From Candidatus Binatia bacterium (GTDB lineage: Bacteria; Eisenbacteria; RBG-16-71-46; SZUA-252), in NCBI GenBank assembly GCA_035631035.1, contig DASQJL010000096.1, forward strand, positions 1,234 through 65,233: a stretch of DNA of 64,000 nt, given 5' to 3'. The notes under the pieces were generated by a model. That model was not told the DNA's origin, searched no databases, and saw only the letters and a program-made list of their open reading frames with translations. The position numbers and the translations under genes were made by a program. Within the stretch, counting starts at the first letter, position 1, and the number at the start of each line of letters is the position of its first letter. Positions 1 through 9,066 of the stretch are shown in pieces.

Positions 1-1201
1 GGCGGTCGGCCCGCTCGGCGGCCTCGCCGCCGGCGAACACGCGATTGAAATCGGAGCTCAGCTCCTGCCGCTCGAACGAGGCGAGGTTCTGCCCGCGCGC
101 GGCGGAGATGTCGAGACAGCGGAGCAGGAGCTCGAGCGCCTCGGAGCGGGTCAGGGCGTCGTCCGACCGTTCCGGGCCCTCCGCCTTCAGGACGGCCGTC
201 CCGGCGGCGCCGAACAGGGAGGCAAGCGCCCGGCAGAAGTCGCCCCGCGTGATCGCGTCGTCGGGTTCGAAGCGGCTCCCCTCGCCCGCCAGGATGCCGT
301 CGCGGCAGGCGGCCAGGGCGTAGCGCGTTTCCCACCCGCGCGGATCCAGGTCCTCGAAGCGGCGGACGTGATGCTCCAGAAACGCGACCGGGTCGACCGT
401 GGCGAGCAGCGCGAAGGTGCGGTCCTGGACGGTCGCGTTCTCCGCTTCCTCGGGGTCGAAGTCGTCGCCGGCCGAGGGGGCGGGCTCGGCGCTTCGGATC
501 TCGAGGTGGAGGTGGGGCGACGAGGCGCGTCCGGTGTTTCCGACCTGCGCGATGACCTGGCCCGCGGCGACCGCGTCGCCCCCGCGGACCCGGATCGAGC
601 CGGACTTCAGGTGGCCGTAGAGCGAATGCACGATCTGTCCGTCGGGGAGCGTGTGGCGGATCACGACGTAGTTGCCCCATCCCGTGCGCCACCGCGTCGT
701 GGTCCGGTACCGCGTCACCCACCGGGTCACCCGCTTCCTCTTCACGACCCGGGTCACCTTGACGTTCTTCGCGCTCCGCTCCCGGATCATCGCCCGCGCA
801 TCGGCCACCACGACGACCCCCGAAGCGACCGCGCGGACGGGCGATCCGCCGTGTCCGCACGAAAGATCCACCCCCTGGTGGGTGCGCTGCCCGTGCTTTC
901 CGTCGCGCACGACGAGATAGGAATCGGAGATGGTGAAGCCCGCGGACTCGCCCGGATGGGCTTGGGTGAAGTCGAGCTCGTCGCCGACGGGGTAGACGAA
1001 GGCGCCGGCGATCGGCTCGGCGCGCGATGCGGCGTTGGAGGAGGCGGCGTGGTCGGCCGCGAGCGCCGCGGGTGGAACGCAGGCAGCGAAGCCGACCGAC
1101 GCGGCGACGAGAATGAGCGCGGCCCGAAGCGTGACCCGCGAGGGCGTCCCGCGCCCCCGGTCACGAGCGGCCGGCGTTCTCGTGCGCCGCGCCGGCGGCA
1201 A
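1..1201 (-). CDS. M23 (LytM-type) metallopeptidase with SLH-like C-terminal repeats; C-terminus runs off window start
   Basis: Minus-strand frame encodes HQGVDL...GNYVVIRH...VGNTGRASSPHLHLEIR (M23 HxxxD / HxH motifs) after a signal-peptide-like TLRAALILVAASVGFAAC. C-terminal ITRGDFCRALASLFG and LTRSEALELLLRCL resemble SLH repeats. No ATG/GTG in frame; TTG at 1201 lies 2 nt after the stop of the upstream carboxypeptidase gene. No stop before coordinate 1. Confidence 0.75.
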   Translation of the reverse strand, partial: MPPARRTRTPAARDRGRGTPSRVTLRAALILVAASVGFAACVPPAALAADHAASSNAASRAEPIAGAFVYPVGDELDFTQAHPGESAGFTISDSYLVVRDGKHGQRTHQGVDLSCGHGGSPVRAVASGVVVVADARAMIRERSAKNVKVTRVVKRKRVTRWVTRYRTTTRWRTGWGNYVVIRHTLPDGQIVHSLYGHLKSGSIRVRGGDAVAAGQVIAQVGNTGRASSPHLHLEIRSAEPAPSAGDDFDPEEAENATVQDRTFALLATVDPVAFLEHHVRRFEDLDPRGWETRYALAACRDGILAGEGSRFEPDDAITRGDFCRALASLFGAAGTAVLKAEGPERSDDALTRSEALELLLRCLDISAARGQNLASFERQELSSDFNRVFAGGEAAERADR

Positions 1202-1203
1202 CC

Positions 1204-2214
1204 CTATTGGTTCTCCACGGCGGGGTCGAGATCGCGATGGAGCGCGAAGCGGATGGTCCAGTCGAGAATCCGCTTGGCTTCGGCGAACCGAAGGGCGTTG
1301 CTGGGCGCTCCCAAGACGACAGCCGTGATTTCCGTTCCGGTCGGTGCCTGGATATTGGTGGCGAGGCAGTAGCCCGCTTCCTGGATGAACCCGGTCTTGC
1401 CCGCCGTGACGCGCCACTTGCTGCGCAGGAGCCGGTTCGTGTTGATCAGGAGGTGCAGGCGGCGGTTGGACGTGAAGGTGTACTGCTCCTTCTGCATGAT
1501 CGTGCTGACGATCTCATTGCTGGCGGCGGCGCGCAGGAGCTTGGCCACGGCCTGGGCGGTGGCGACGTTCTGCTCGCTCAGTCCCGTGGGCTCGACGAAG
1601 CGCGCGCCGGAAAGGCCGAGAGAGTCGGCCTTCACGTTCATCCGCCGCACGAACTCGCTGCGGTCGAGACCGCAGGTGCGCGCGAGCGCCTTGGCGGCCA
1701 CGTTGTCGGACGACATGAGCATGGCGTGAATCAGGTCGCGCACCGTGATCTCCTCGTGCGGACGGATGTGCGAGCGGCTGGAATTGCGAACGTCTTCCGG
1801 AAGGACCTCGACGACGCGGTCCCAATCGGGCGTGGTATCGAGCAGCACCAGGGCGCTGACCAGCTTGGTCAGGCTGGCGATCGGATAGACCCGTTCGGGA
1901 TTCTTCTGGAAGAGCACCTGGCCGCTGGCGTCCTCGACGTAGGCCGCTTTGACGTGGAGCCGGGGGATGCCGTAGGGGGTGATCGCCGGGAGACGGAGCA
2001 TGGCGACCTGGCGCCGCCGGCGAACCCTCAGCCGGTGGCGGGCCGACCTGGCGGCCGTCGCGCTGATGCGCGCCCGCCGGGAAGACCGCGAGGAGCGGGC
2101 AGCCGCGGAGGCATCACCGGTCTCGGCAACAAGCCCAAAAGCAATTGCGACACAGGCGATTACAGCGATCTTTCGAAGGCGGTGCGGAGAAGTCATAGCT
2201 CGGTCTGCCCTCAT
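1204..2214 (-). CDS. D-alanyl-D-alanine carboxypeptidase (S11 / PBP5-6 family)
   Basis: Signal peptide, SxxK (ASLTKL), SxN (SSDN) and KTG motifs in order. Confidence 0.9.
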   Translation of the reverse strand: MRADRAMTSPHRLRKIAVIACVAIAFGLVAETGDASAAARSSRSSRRARISATAARSARHRLRVRRRRQVAMLRLPAITPYGIPRLHVKAAYVEDASGQVLFQKNPERVYPIASLTKLVSALVLLDTTPDWDRVVEVLPEDVRNSSRSHIRPHEEITVRDLIHAMLMSSDNVAAKALARTCGLDRSEFVRRMNVKADSLGLSGARFVEPTGLSEQNVATAQAVAKLLRAAASNEIVSTIMQKEQYTFTSNRRLHLLINTNRLLRSKWRVTAGKTGFIQEAGYCLATNIQAPTGTEITAVVLGAPSNALRFAEAKRILDWTIRFALHRDLDPAVENQ

Positions 2215-2398
2215 CCGTGAGTTACTCCCTGAATGACGGTTGGTGGAGAGACGGGGAAGGCGCCTCTCTCAGGGTTATCGGATGCGGCAGGCAGAACTGA
2301 AGGGGAAGTTCTAGCCTGACGGGCTCGGAAGCCCCTACTGGACAAGATAATAGCATGGGTCCTGCCATCCTGTCTACCGGGCGGTTGCATCGGAGCAC

Positions 2399-2440
2399 GG
2401 AATGAAGAAACGCGGCGCGCGTGGGTGGCGCGCGCCGCGT
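2399..2440 (-). terminator. Rho-independent terminator downstream of PDZ gene
   Basis: Perfect 12-bp GC inverted repeat ACGCGGCGCGCG / CGCGCGCCGCGT with 7-nt loop (2410-2440), followed on the minus strand by TTTCTTCATT. Confidence 0.55.
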
Positions 2441-2495
2441 CATTCTCATGCGGTACAGTCCCTTACGGCCCCTCGCGTCTCAGGCCGTTCCGCTC

Positions 2496-3194
2496 CTAAT
2501 CGTCGTCGTCGCTGTCATTGTCCTTCGAGCGGTCGTTGTCATGATCGTCATCGTGCCCGTTCGAACGCTGCAGTTCCTGCCGCAGGGACTGGATCTCCTG
2601 CCGGAGCTCCCGGAGCTGGTCCCGGAGGTCCCGGATCTGCTGCTGAACGTCCCGGTCCTCCATCTGGGGCGGCATCGGGTGGTCGTCGTTGCTCGGGAAC
2701 CGGAGGTTGGGCATGCCCATCCCCGGCATCCCCTGCGGCCGCTCGCCCAGCTGGACGTTGACCGTGCGGAGCGAGCCCGAGCGCCAGAGCGTGATGCGGG
2801 TCCGGCTGCCCGGCGAGAGCCCGCGCACGACCTTGATCAGGTCCTGGGAGCTTTCGATCTTCTCGCGGTCCACTTCCGTGATCACGTCGCCGCGGCGGAC
2901 CCCCGCCCGATCCGCGGGACTGTCCTCCTCGACGCGGCTGACCAGGGCGCCCTCGTCGGTCGGAAGGCTGCGCGCCCGCTGGAGCGCGCGCGTGACGTCC
3001 TGGACCTGCACGCCCAGATAGCCGCCCTGCGCGTCGTCGCCGCCATAGATCCGGACCGTGCCCTGCCGGCCGTTGTCGGTATTGTCGTCGTCGTCGTCAT
3101 CCGCCCGCGCCGCCACCGGGGCGGTCAGGAGGGTGAGCGCCAGGCCGAGAGCCGCGAGGCTCCAGACCGGCCGCATGAACCGAGGCAATCTCAT
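2496..3194 (-). CDS. secreted PDZ-domain protein with coiled-coil and acidic termini
   Basis: Signal peptide, then a PDZ-like stretch (GALVSRVEEDSPADRAGVRRGDVITEVDREKIESSQDLIKVV), a heptad-like QQIRDLRDQLRELRQEIQSLRQELQ, and Asp-rich tails. Confidence 0.7.
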   Translation of the reverse strand: MRLPRFMRPVWSLAALGLALTLLTAPVAARADDDDDDNTDNGRQGTVRIYGGDDAQGGYLGVQVQDVTRALQRARSLPTDEGALVSRVEEDSPADRAGVRRGDVITEVDREKIESSQDLIKVVRGLSPGSRTRITLWRSGSLRTVNVQLGERPQGMPGMGMPNLRFPSNDDHPMPPQMEDRDVQQQIRDLRDQLRELRQEIQSLRQELQRSNGHDDDHDNDRSKDNDSDDDD

Positions 3195-3297
3195 CGTGTT
3201 CCTCCGTAGCGAAAAATAGGGATGGGGTTGCGCCGCGCCTCACTCCGGTCTACCGCGAGGACCGGCCGAAGTTCCCGCCCTTCCTTGGACGGTGGAA

Positions 3298-4635
3298 CTA
3301 GTTGGCCGGTTGGAGCCGGAATGTCGAGCAGCCCGCCTTTCCGATGAAGGCGCCGATCGGACCACACGGCGCGCGAAGCGCGGGCGACAGGTCGCGGAGG
3401 GCGAAGTTGCCGTGCTCCGCGTCGCAGAAGAGCGGGTCCCCGACCCACGTGTTGACGGAGGGGAGCGCGCCGATGGCCCCTCCGGACGGATCCCAGATGA
3501 GGTTGCAGTCATATCGAGGAGACGTCTGCAGCCCCGTCACGGCGCGCTGACCATGATCCACCACAAAGATGTTTTTGCGCACCTCGGGAGAGACGTCGGT
3601 GAAGAAGAGGGTGGCGCCGTCTCCCTTGACCCTGTTCACGAAGAACGTGTTGCTCTGAAGCACCGGATTGACGTTGTTCATGCCGCGCCCGGCAATCCCC
3701 ATCGCCGCGGAGGCCGAGAGCGCCGAATTCTGGTTGAAGAGGCAGAGTCCCACGTTCATGCGCGAGTGATCGCACTGGATCGCGCCGGCCGTTCCGGCCT
3801 GATTCCTCTCGAACGTCGACCGCGAGACGTTGAACTCCGAGCCGCCCGCGATGCCCATCGCGCCTCCCGCCACGTCGGAGCTGTTCTCCTTGAAGGAGCA
3901 GCTCACGACGGTTCCCTGGCTCGAATCCTCGGCGGCGACGGCGCCGCCGATGGAACCGACCGCCCGGTTCCGCTCGAACACGAGGTTGCGGAGGGGGATG
4001 AGGAGCCGCGTATGGCTGAGCGAGATCGCGCCCCCTTCGTGCCCCTCGTTGTCGTAGAACTTCGATTCGAAGACACCCACCACCGAGTTGTTGGCGTCGA
4101 TGGCGCTCCCCTTGTTCTCCCGCAGGGTGCAATTGCCGATGGCGACCCCTTGCGAGTCCCAGATGGAGACGGCCGACTCCCAGTTGCCCGTGAAGACGCA
4201 GTTGGAAATCTGCACCATGCTGTCGCGAAGGCAGTAGATGCCGCCGCCGCTGTTCGAGTGGCCTCGCCGGATCGTGAAGCCCACGATGCTCATGCCGGTG
4301 ACCCCCTCGACATGCAGGACCCGAACGCTGTCCCTGCCGTCGAGCGTGGTCTTCTCGGCGCCCCCCAATGCGTAGAGCACGATCTTCTTCCTTACGGTGA
4401 ACGGCCCCCGGTAGACGCCGGGAGCGACCCAGACCGTGTCACCCGGCGCCGCCGCGTCGATCGCCGCCTGCAGCGTCTTGTGCTGGCGGGGAACGGGGCG
4501 TCGCTTGGCCGGGGCGTGGCGCGGCGCGGCGGCCGTCAGAACGAGCGCGAGCAGAAGGAGCACGGCGAGCGCGGTCGCGCTCGAGGCGCGGCTCTGGCGG
4601 CGGAGCGGATGCGTCGCACGGCGCCTAAGGGCCAA
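3298..4635 (-). CDS. secreted right-handed parallel beta-helix repeat protein (pectin-lyase fold)
   Basis: Signal peptide; repeated G-x-I/V-x-N-C / NxxxN / GGA rungs typical of the beta-helix (NosD-like) fold. Confidence 0.75.
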   Translation of the reverse strand: MALRRRATHPLRRQSRASSATALAVLLLLALVLTAAAPRHAPAKRRPVPRQHKTLQAAIDAAAPGDTVWVAPGVYRGPFTVRKKIVLYALGGAEKTTLDGRDSVRVLHVEGVTGMSIVGFTIRRGHSNSGGGIYCLRDSMVQISNCVFTGNWESAVSIWDSQGVAIGNCTLRENKGSAIDANNSVVGVFESKFYDNEGHEGGAISLSHTRLLIPLRNLVFERNRAVGSIGGAVAAEDSSQGTVVSCSFKENSSDVAGGAMGIAGGSEFNVSRSTFERNQAGTAGAIQCDHSRMNVGLCLFNQNSALSASAAMGIAGRGMNNVNPVLQSNTFFVNRVKGDGATLFFTDVSPEVRKNIFVVDHGQRAVTGLQTSPRYDCNLIWDPSGGAIGALPSVNTWVGDPLFCDAEHGNFALRDLSPALRAPCGPIGAFIGKAGCSTFRLQPAN

Positions 4636-7489
4636 CCGCGCTCCCCGGGGCCGTGACCGACCCCGCCACCACCAGGGCGTAGCCGGAGGCGGGGCGCAGG
4701 TAGGCGCGCGCCGCCGCGGCGGCCGCCTCGCGCGTCACGCCGCGCACGATCGAAGTGTAGCGCTCGATGTAGTCCAGCCCCAATCCATAGACCTCCGCCG
4801 CCACCAGCTGCGAGGCGACGCCGGCGTTGGTCTCGAGACGAACCGGGAACACCCCGGTCAGATAATCCTTCGCGTCCTCCATCTCCGCGTCGGTCGGCCC
4901 CTGCTCCGCCATGCGGCGCACCTGCTCGAGGATGCTCGCGACCGCCCGGTCGGCGTTCGCGGGATTCGTCCCGGCGCGGATCGAGAGCGGCCCCGCGCCG
5001 ATGCCGGCCGCGAACGAGGAATAGACCCCGTACACCAGCCCCTGCTCGTCGCGCAGGCTGTTCATGAGCCGGCTGGAGAGCGAGCCCCCGCCGAGGATGT
5101 AGTTCATCACCATCGCCGCGTCGTAGTCGGGCGCGGTGCGGGGAATGCCGGGCACCGCGTAGACGACGTCGGTCTGCGATTTTCCCCTCATCGGCACGCG
5201 CAGCTCGAGCGTCGTCGCCGGGGCCGCCGCCTTCGGAACCTGGAACGGCGGCACCGGATCGAGCTTGGCCCATCCGCCGAAGGCGGCCCGCACCAGCTCC
5301 AGCGCGCGCTTGGGATCGACGTCGCCGACCAGGACCAGGATCGTGTTGTTGGGGCCGTAGTGGCTTCGGTGGAACGACGCCAGATCCTCGCGCGTGATCG
5401 CGCGGAGCGTGCTGTCGGTGCCCATCGGGTTCACGTGGTAGGGGTGCCCCTCGGGATACAGGAGGCCGTTCGCCCGGCGCGCCGCCACGCTGGCCGTCGA
5501 ATTCTCGGCGACCTGGTAGTCGGTGATCCGCTCCGCGCGGATCTTCTCCATCTTGTCCGCGGGGAAGGCGGGGTGCTGGAGGGCGTCGGCGAGCACGTCG
5601 AGCACCGTCGGGAGATCAGCGGAGAGCATCGTGGCCGAGATCGAAACCGTCTCGGACCCGCCGTCGAACGAGAGGTGGGCGCCCGCGCCCTCGATCGTCT
5701 CGGCGGTCTGGAGCGCCGTGCGCTTCGCCGTGCCCTGATCCAGCATCGCGGCGGTGAATCCGGCCAGCCCGCTCCGATCCGGCGGATCGTAGATGCCGCC
5801 CGCCTTGACGAGGCCCTGGAGGGAGATGGTCGGATTCGCCGGGTTGTTCCGCACGATCAGCGTGAGCCCGTTGGGGAGAACCGTGCGGTCGGGAGCCGCC
5901 CCGTGCATCACGCCGGCCGGCATGGCGGCCGCGCCCGGAGCGGCCGCACCCGTCCCACGCTCGTCCCGAGCCGCGGAGGCGGGAAGGCCGGGGAGCGCGC
6001 CGGCCGCCTCGTCGGGTCGGTAGTGGTCGACCCACCGCGAGGGGCCCGCCGCTCCGGCCGCCTCGGCGGGAGCGCCGTTCCCGGCCTCGGCCTGGTCTTC
6101 CGGCGTCGGGTCGTACCAGCCCACCGTGCGCGAGTTCTCCGTGAGATAGGTGCGCGCCACCCGCATCAGGTCCTCGGCGGTGACCGCGCGGACCCGCTCC
6201 ACATAGGTGTCCAGATAGCGCCAGGAAGCCACGGTGTTGTAGTACCCCAGCTGCTGCGCCAGGCTCCGGATCGAATCCTTGGAGTAGATGAACGAGGCCT
6301 CGACCTGCTTCTTCGCCCGCGCGAGCTCCTGGGGCGTGACCGGCTGGGTCTTGAGCCGATCGACCTCGGCGAGGAGTCCCGCTTCCAGGCGGTCCAGCTC
6401 GACCCCGGGCGCCGCCGTCGCCTGCGCGTTGAAGAGGAGCGGGTCGTGGCCGTTGTCGTTGCTCGCGTCCACCTCGGCCGCGAGCTTCTTCTCCACCAGC
6501 GCCTGGTAGAGGCGCGAGGTCTGGCCGTGGCCCAGGATGATCCCGAGCACGTCGAGGGCGTAGGTGTCGGGATGCGTCACCGCGGGATTTCTCCAGGCCA
6601 CGAGCAGGTAGCGGGTGTCGCCCGGCTTCCGGATCTTGAAGCGGCGCTCACCCATCTGCGGCGGCTCCACCGTGGTGACCGGCGGCGGCTCGGTTCCCTT
6701 CGGGACCGCTCCGAAGTACCGCTTCACCATCGCGAGGGCGGCCGGCGCGCTCACGTCGCCGACGACCACGACCGTCGCGTTGTTCGGCATGTAGTGGCTC
6801 TTGTAGTAGTCGCGGATCTGCTCCGTGCGGATCTGCTCGACGTCGGTGCGCCAGCCGATGGTGGGCCAGTGGTAGGGGTGCGCCTTGAAGGCCTGCGCCA
6901 TCGCTTCGAGATAGAGGGCGCGATGCGGATTGTCCTCGTTCCGCTCCAGCTCGGAGCGGACGACGGTCATCTCCAGGCGGTGCTCCTCGTCGGGGATCGT
7001 CGCGTGAATCATGCGGTCCGCCTCGATCTTCATCGCCATCTCCAGGCGGTCGCTCGCAAGGACCTCGAAGTAGGTCGTGTAGTCGAGCGACGTGCCCGCG
7101 TTGAACGTGGCGCCGTTCTTCTGGAGCAGCCGGGAGATCTCCCCCTTGCCGTAGGTGGGCGTCCCCTTGAACATCATGTGCTCGAGCAGATGGGAGATGC
7201 CGGTGATGCCGGCGCTCTCGTTCCGGGAGCCGACCTTGTACCAGACCATGAAGGCCGCCACCGGCGCCGTGTGAACCTCCTGGATCAACACCGTGAGCCC
7301 GTTGTCGAGGGTCGTCTCGAGCACGGGCGACTTCGCCGCTGGGGCTGTCATGGAACGTTTCCCTTTAGAAGTGGCGCCGGCGGAAGCCGGCGGTGCCTGG
7401 ATCGCCGTGAATGCGAGCAGGGAGAGGAGAAGTCCCGCTCCGCAAAGCCGTGGTGTGGCGCTCGGTCGAACGTTCGAAACCTGCCGCAT
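4625..7489 (-). CDS. two-module M16 (pitrilysin) family zinc peptidase, catalytic
   Basis: HxxEH zinc motif (GISHLLEHMMFKGT) with downstream E residues. A second, degenerate M16 unit fills the C-terminal half. Signal peptide starts at MRQVSNV, which is residue 390 of the track ORF (4625..8656); the upstream 389 aa are Arg/Pro junk. Confidence 0.9.
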   Translation of the reverse strand: MRQVSNVRPSATPRLCGAGLLLSLLAFTAIQAPPASAGATSKGKRSMTAPAAKSPVLETTLDNGLTVLIQEVHTAPVAAFMVWYKVGSRNESAGITGISHLLEHMMFKGTPTYGKGEISRLLQKNGATFNAGTSLDYTTYFEVLASDRLEMAMKIEADRMIHATIPDEEHRLEMTVVRSELERNEDNPHRALYLEAMAQAFKAHPYHWPTIGWRTDVEQIRTEQIRDYYKSHYMPNNATVVVVGDVSAPAALAMVKRYFGAVPKGTEPPPVTTVEPPQMGERRFKIRKPGDTRYLLVAWRNPAVTHPDTYALDVLGIILGHGQTSRLYQALVEKKLAAEVDASNDNGHDPLLFNAQATAAPGVELDRLEAGLLAEVDRLKTQPVTPQELARAKKQVEASFIYSKDSIRSLAQQLGYYNTVASWRYLDTYVERVRAVTAEDLMRVARTYLTENSRTVGWYDPTPEDQAEAGNGAPAEAAGAAGPSRWVDHYRPDEAAGALPGLPASAARDERGTGAAAPGAAAMPAGVMHGAAPDRTVLPNGLTLIVRNNPANPTISLQGLVKAGGIYDPPDRSGLAGFTAAMLDQGTAKRTALQTAETIEGAGAHLSFDGGSETVSISATMLSADLPTVLDVLADALQHPAFPADKMEKIRAERITDYQVAENSTASVAARRANGLLYPEGHPYHVNPMGTDSTLRAITREDLASFHRSHYGPNNTILVLVGDVDPKRALELVRAAFGGWAKLDPVPPFQVPKAAAPATTLELRVPMRGKSQTDVVYAVPGIPRTAPDYDAAMVMNYILGGGSLSSRLMNSLRDEQGLVYGVYSSFAAGIGAGPLSIRAGTNPANADRAVASILEQVRRMAEQGPTDAEMEDAKDYLTGVFPVRLETNAGVASQLVAAEVYGLGLDYIERYTSIVRGVTREAAAAAARAYLRPASGYALVVAGSVTAPGSAVGP

Positions 7490-7548
7490 TCCATCCTCCC
7501 GGGCGCCGCAGCGCTCAAGCGTAGCATGGGACGGCGCCGCCGCGGGCA

Positions 7549-8991
7549 TCAGACCCGCGCCAGCGCCGCGACGCACTCGATGTGCGCGGTGTGCGGAAAC
7601 ATGTCGACCGGCCGGACCCACGAGAGCCGATACCGTTCTTCGCAGAAGAGCGCGAGATCGCGCCCCAGGGTCGCCGGGTTGCACGAGACGTAGACGAGGC
7701 GCGGCGCGCCCATCTCGATCAGCCGCCGCGCCACGGCGGGATGGAGTCCCGCGCGCGGGGGGTCGACGAGCACCGCGTCCGGGGAGCCGCGCTCCTCGCG
7801 CAGCGCTTCGGCGGCTTCCGCCCGCACGAACCGGACGTTTTCGATCCCGTTCCGTTCGGCGTTTCGCCGCGCGTCGCGCACCGCCGCCTCGGAGGACTCG
7901 ATGCCGACCGCTTCCCGGGCACGGCGCGCGATCGGCAGCGTGAAGGTGCCGGTCCCCGAATAGACGTCGAGCACCCGCTCGTCGCCGCGAAGCTCCAGCC
8001 CCTCCATCGCGGTTTCCAGCAGGCGCTCCCCCTGTTCGGTGTTGGTCTGGAAGAAGGAGGCGGAGGAGATCTCGAAGACGAGATCCCCCAGGCGCTCCTC
8101 GATGCGGTCCCGCCCGGCAAGCACGCGCTCCTCCTCGCCCACCGCGATCTGCGCTTTCCGCCGCGTCAGGTTCAGCACGACGCTGGCGATCGACGGGAAG
8201 CCGGCGGTGATCCGCTCGGCGAATCCCGCGAAGGAGGGGTGCGGCGCCGAGGCGACCAGATTCACCATGACCTGCCCCGTACGGATCCCCTCGCGCACGG
8301 CGAGGAATCGGAGGAGTCCCGTGTGGCGGCGCGTGTCGTAGGGCTCGAGCCCTTCGGAGCGCGCCCAGGCGCGGGTCTCCGCGACGATCTCGCTCGCGAC
8401 CGGCCGGGCGATGTGGCAGCGGCCGAGGTCGAAGCTCCGGTCGAAGAACCCGCGGCGATGCAGCCCCAGCGTGAGCGCGCCGGAGGCGTCGCTGCCGAAG
8501 GAGAACTCCATCTTGTTCCGGTAGTGGAAGCGCTCCGGCGCCGGGACCACGGGGCGCACGGCGGCCGTGAGGCCCCCCAGGTGGGCGAGGCACTCCTCCA
8601 CCTGCCGCTCCTTGTGGCGGAGCTGCTCCGCGTAGTCGAGGTCCTGGAAGCGGCACCCGCCGCAGATCGGCACGTGCTCGCAGCGCGGCGTCACGCGCGC
8701 GGGGGAAGGACGGAGGACCGCCTCGGCCCGCGCCTCGGCGTACTGGCGCTTTCGGCGGAAGACGGTGGCGGCGACGCGGTCCCCCGGCAGCGCGTTCTCG
8801 ACGAAGATCACGAAACCGTCCACCTTCGCGAGCGCCGCTCCTCCGAAGGCGAGCCCGGTCACCTCCAGCTCCAGCCGGTCGCCTCGCCGGACGGTCGCGG
8901 CGGGGCTCGGGCGGGGGCCGGAATCGGCGAATTCCTGTGCCGGGACGGGATCGACTTCGGGGGTCACCTGGGAGCCCTCGCGGTGGGTCAC
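7549..8991 (-). CDS. rlmD: 23S rRNA (uracil-5)-methyltransferase RlmD/RumA family
   Basis: TRAM domain, Cys cluster (CEHVPICGGCRFQ...C), SAM-MTase motifs (VLDVYSGTGTFTLP, DPPRAG) and C-terminal catalytic Cys (YVSCNPAT). GTG start at residue 268 of the track ORF. Confidence 0.9.
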   Translation of the reverse strand: MTHREGSQVTPEVDPVPAQEFADSGPRPSPAATVRRGDRLELEVTGLAFGGAALAKVDGFVIFVENALPGDRVAATVFRRKRQYAEARAEAVLRPSPARVTPRCEHVPICGGCRFQDLDYAEQLRHKERQVEECLAHLGGLTAAVRPVVPAPERFHYRNKMEFSFGSDASGALTLGLHRRGFFDRSFDLGRCHIARPVASEIVAETRAWARSEGLEPYDTRRHTGLLRFLAVREGIRTGQVMVNLVASAPHPSFAGFAERITAGFPSIASVVLNLTRRKAQIAVGEEERVLAGRDRIEERLGDLVFEISSASFFQTNTEQGERLLETAMEGLELRGDERVLDVYSGTGTFTLPIARRAREAVGIESSEAAVRDARRNAERNGIENVRFVRAEAAEALREERGSPDAVLVDPPRAGLHPAVARRLIEMGAPRLVYVSCNPATLGRDLALFCEERYRLSWVRPVDMFPHTAHIECVAALARV

Positions 8992-9066
8992 GCCGAGGAG
9001 TTTACACCAAGCTCGAAGCCCAAGAACGGGCTTAGGGTAGCCCGTCCGGGGGCCGATAGGAGACGC

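Noticed and set aside
368-1372. 334-aa plus-strand ORF and other ORFs antisense to the M23 and carboxypeptidase genes
   Set aside because: Arg/Gly/Pro-dominated, no motifs, fully antisense to well-supported genes. Typical high-GC spurious frames.
4436-7693. 1085-aa plus-strand ORF
   Set aside because: Antisense to the M16 peptidase gene. Composition dominated by R/G/P/A with no domain signature.
7489-8656. 5-prime 389 codons of the 1343-aa track ORF (4625..8656)
   Set aside because: Arg/Pro/Gly junk overlapping rlmD in another frame. The real M16 start is the ATG at 7489, followed by a signal peptide.
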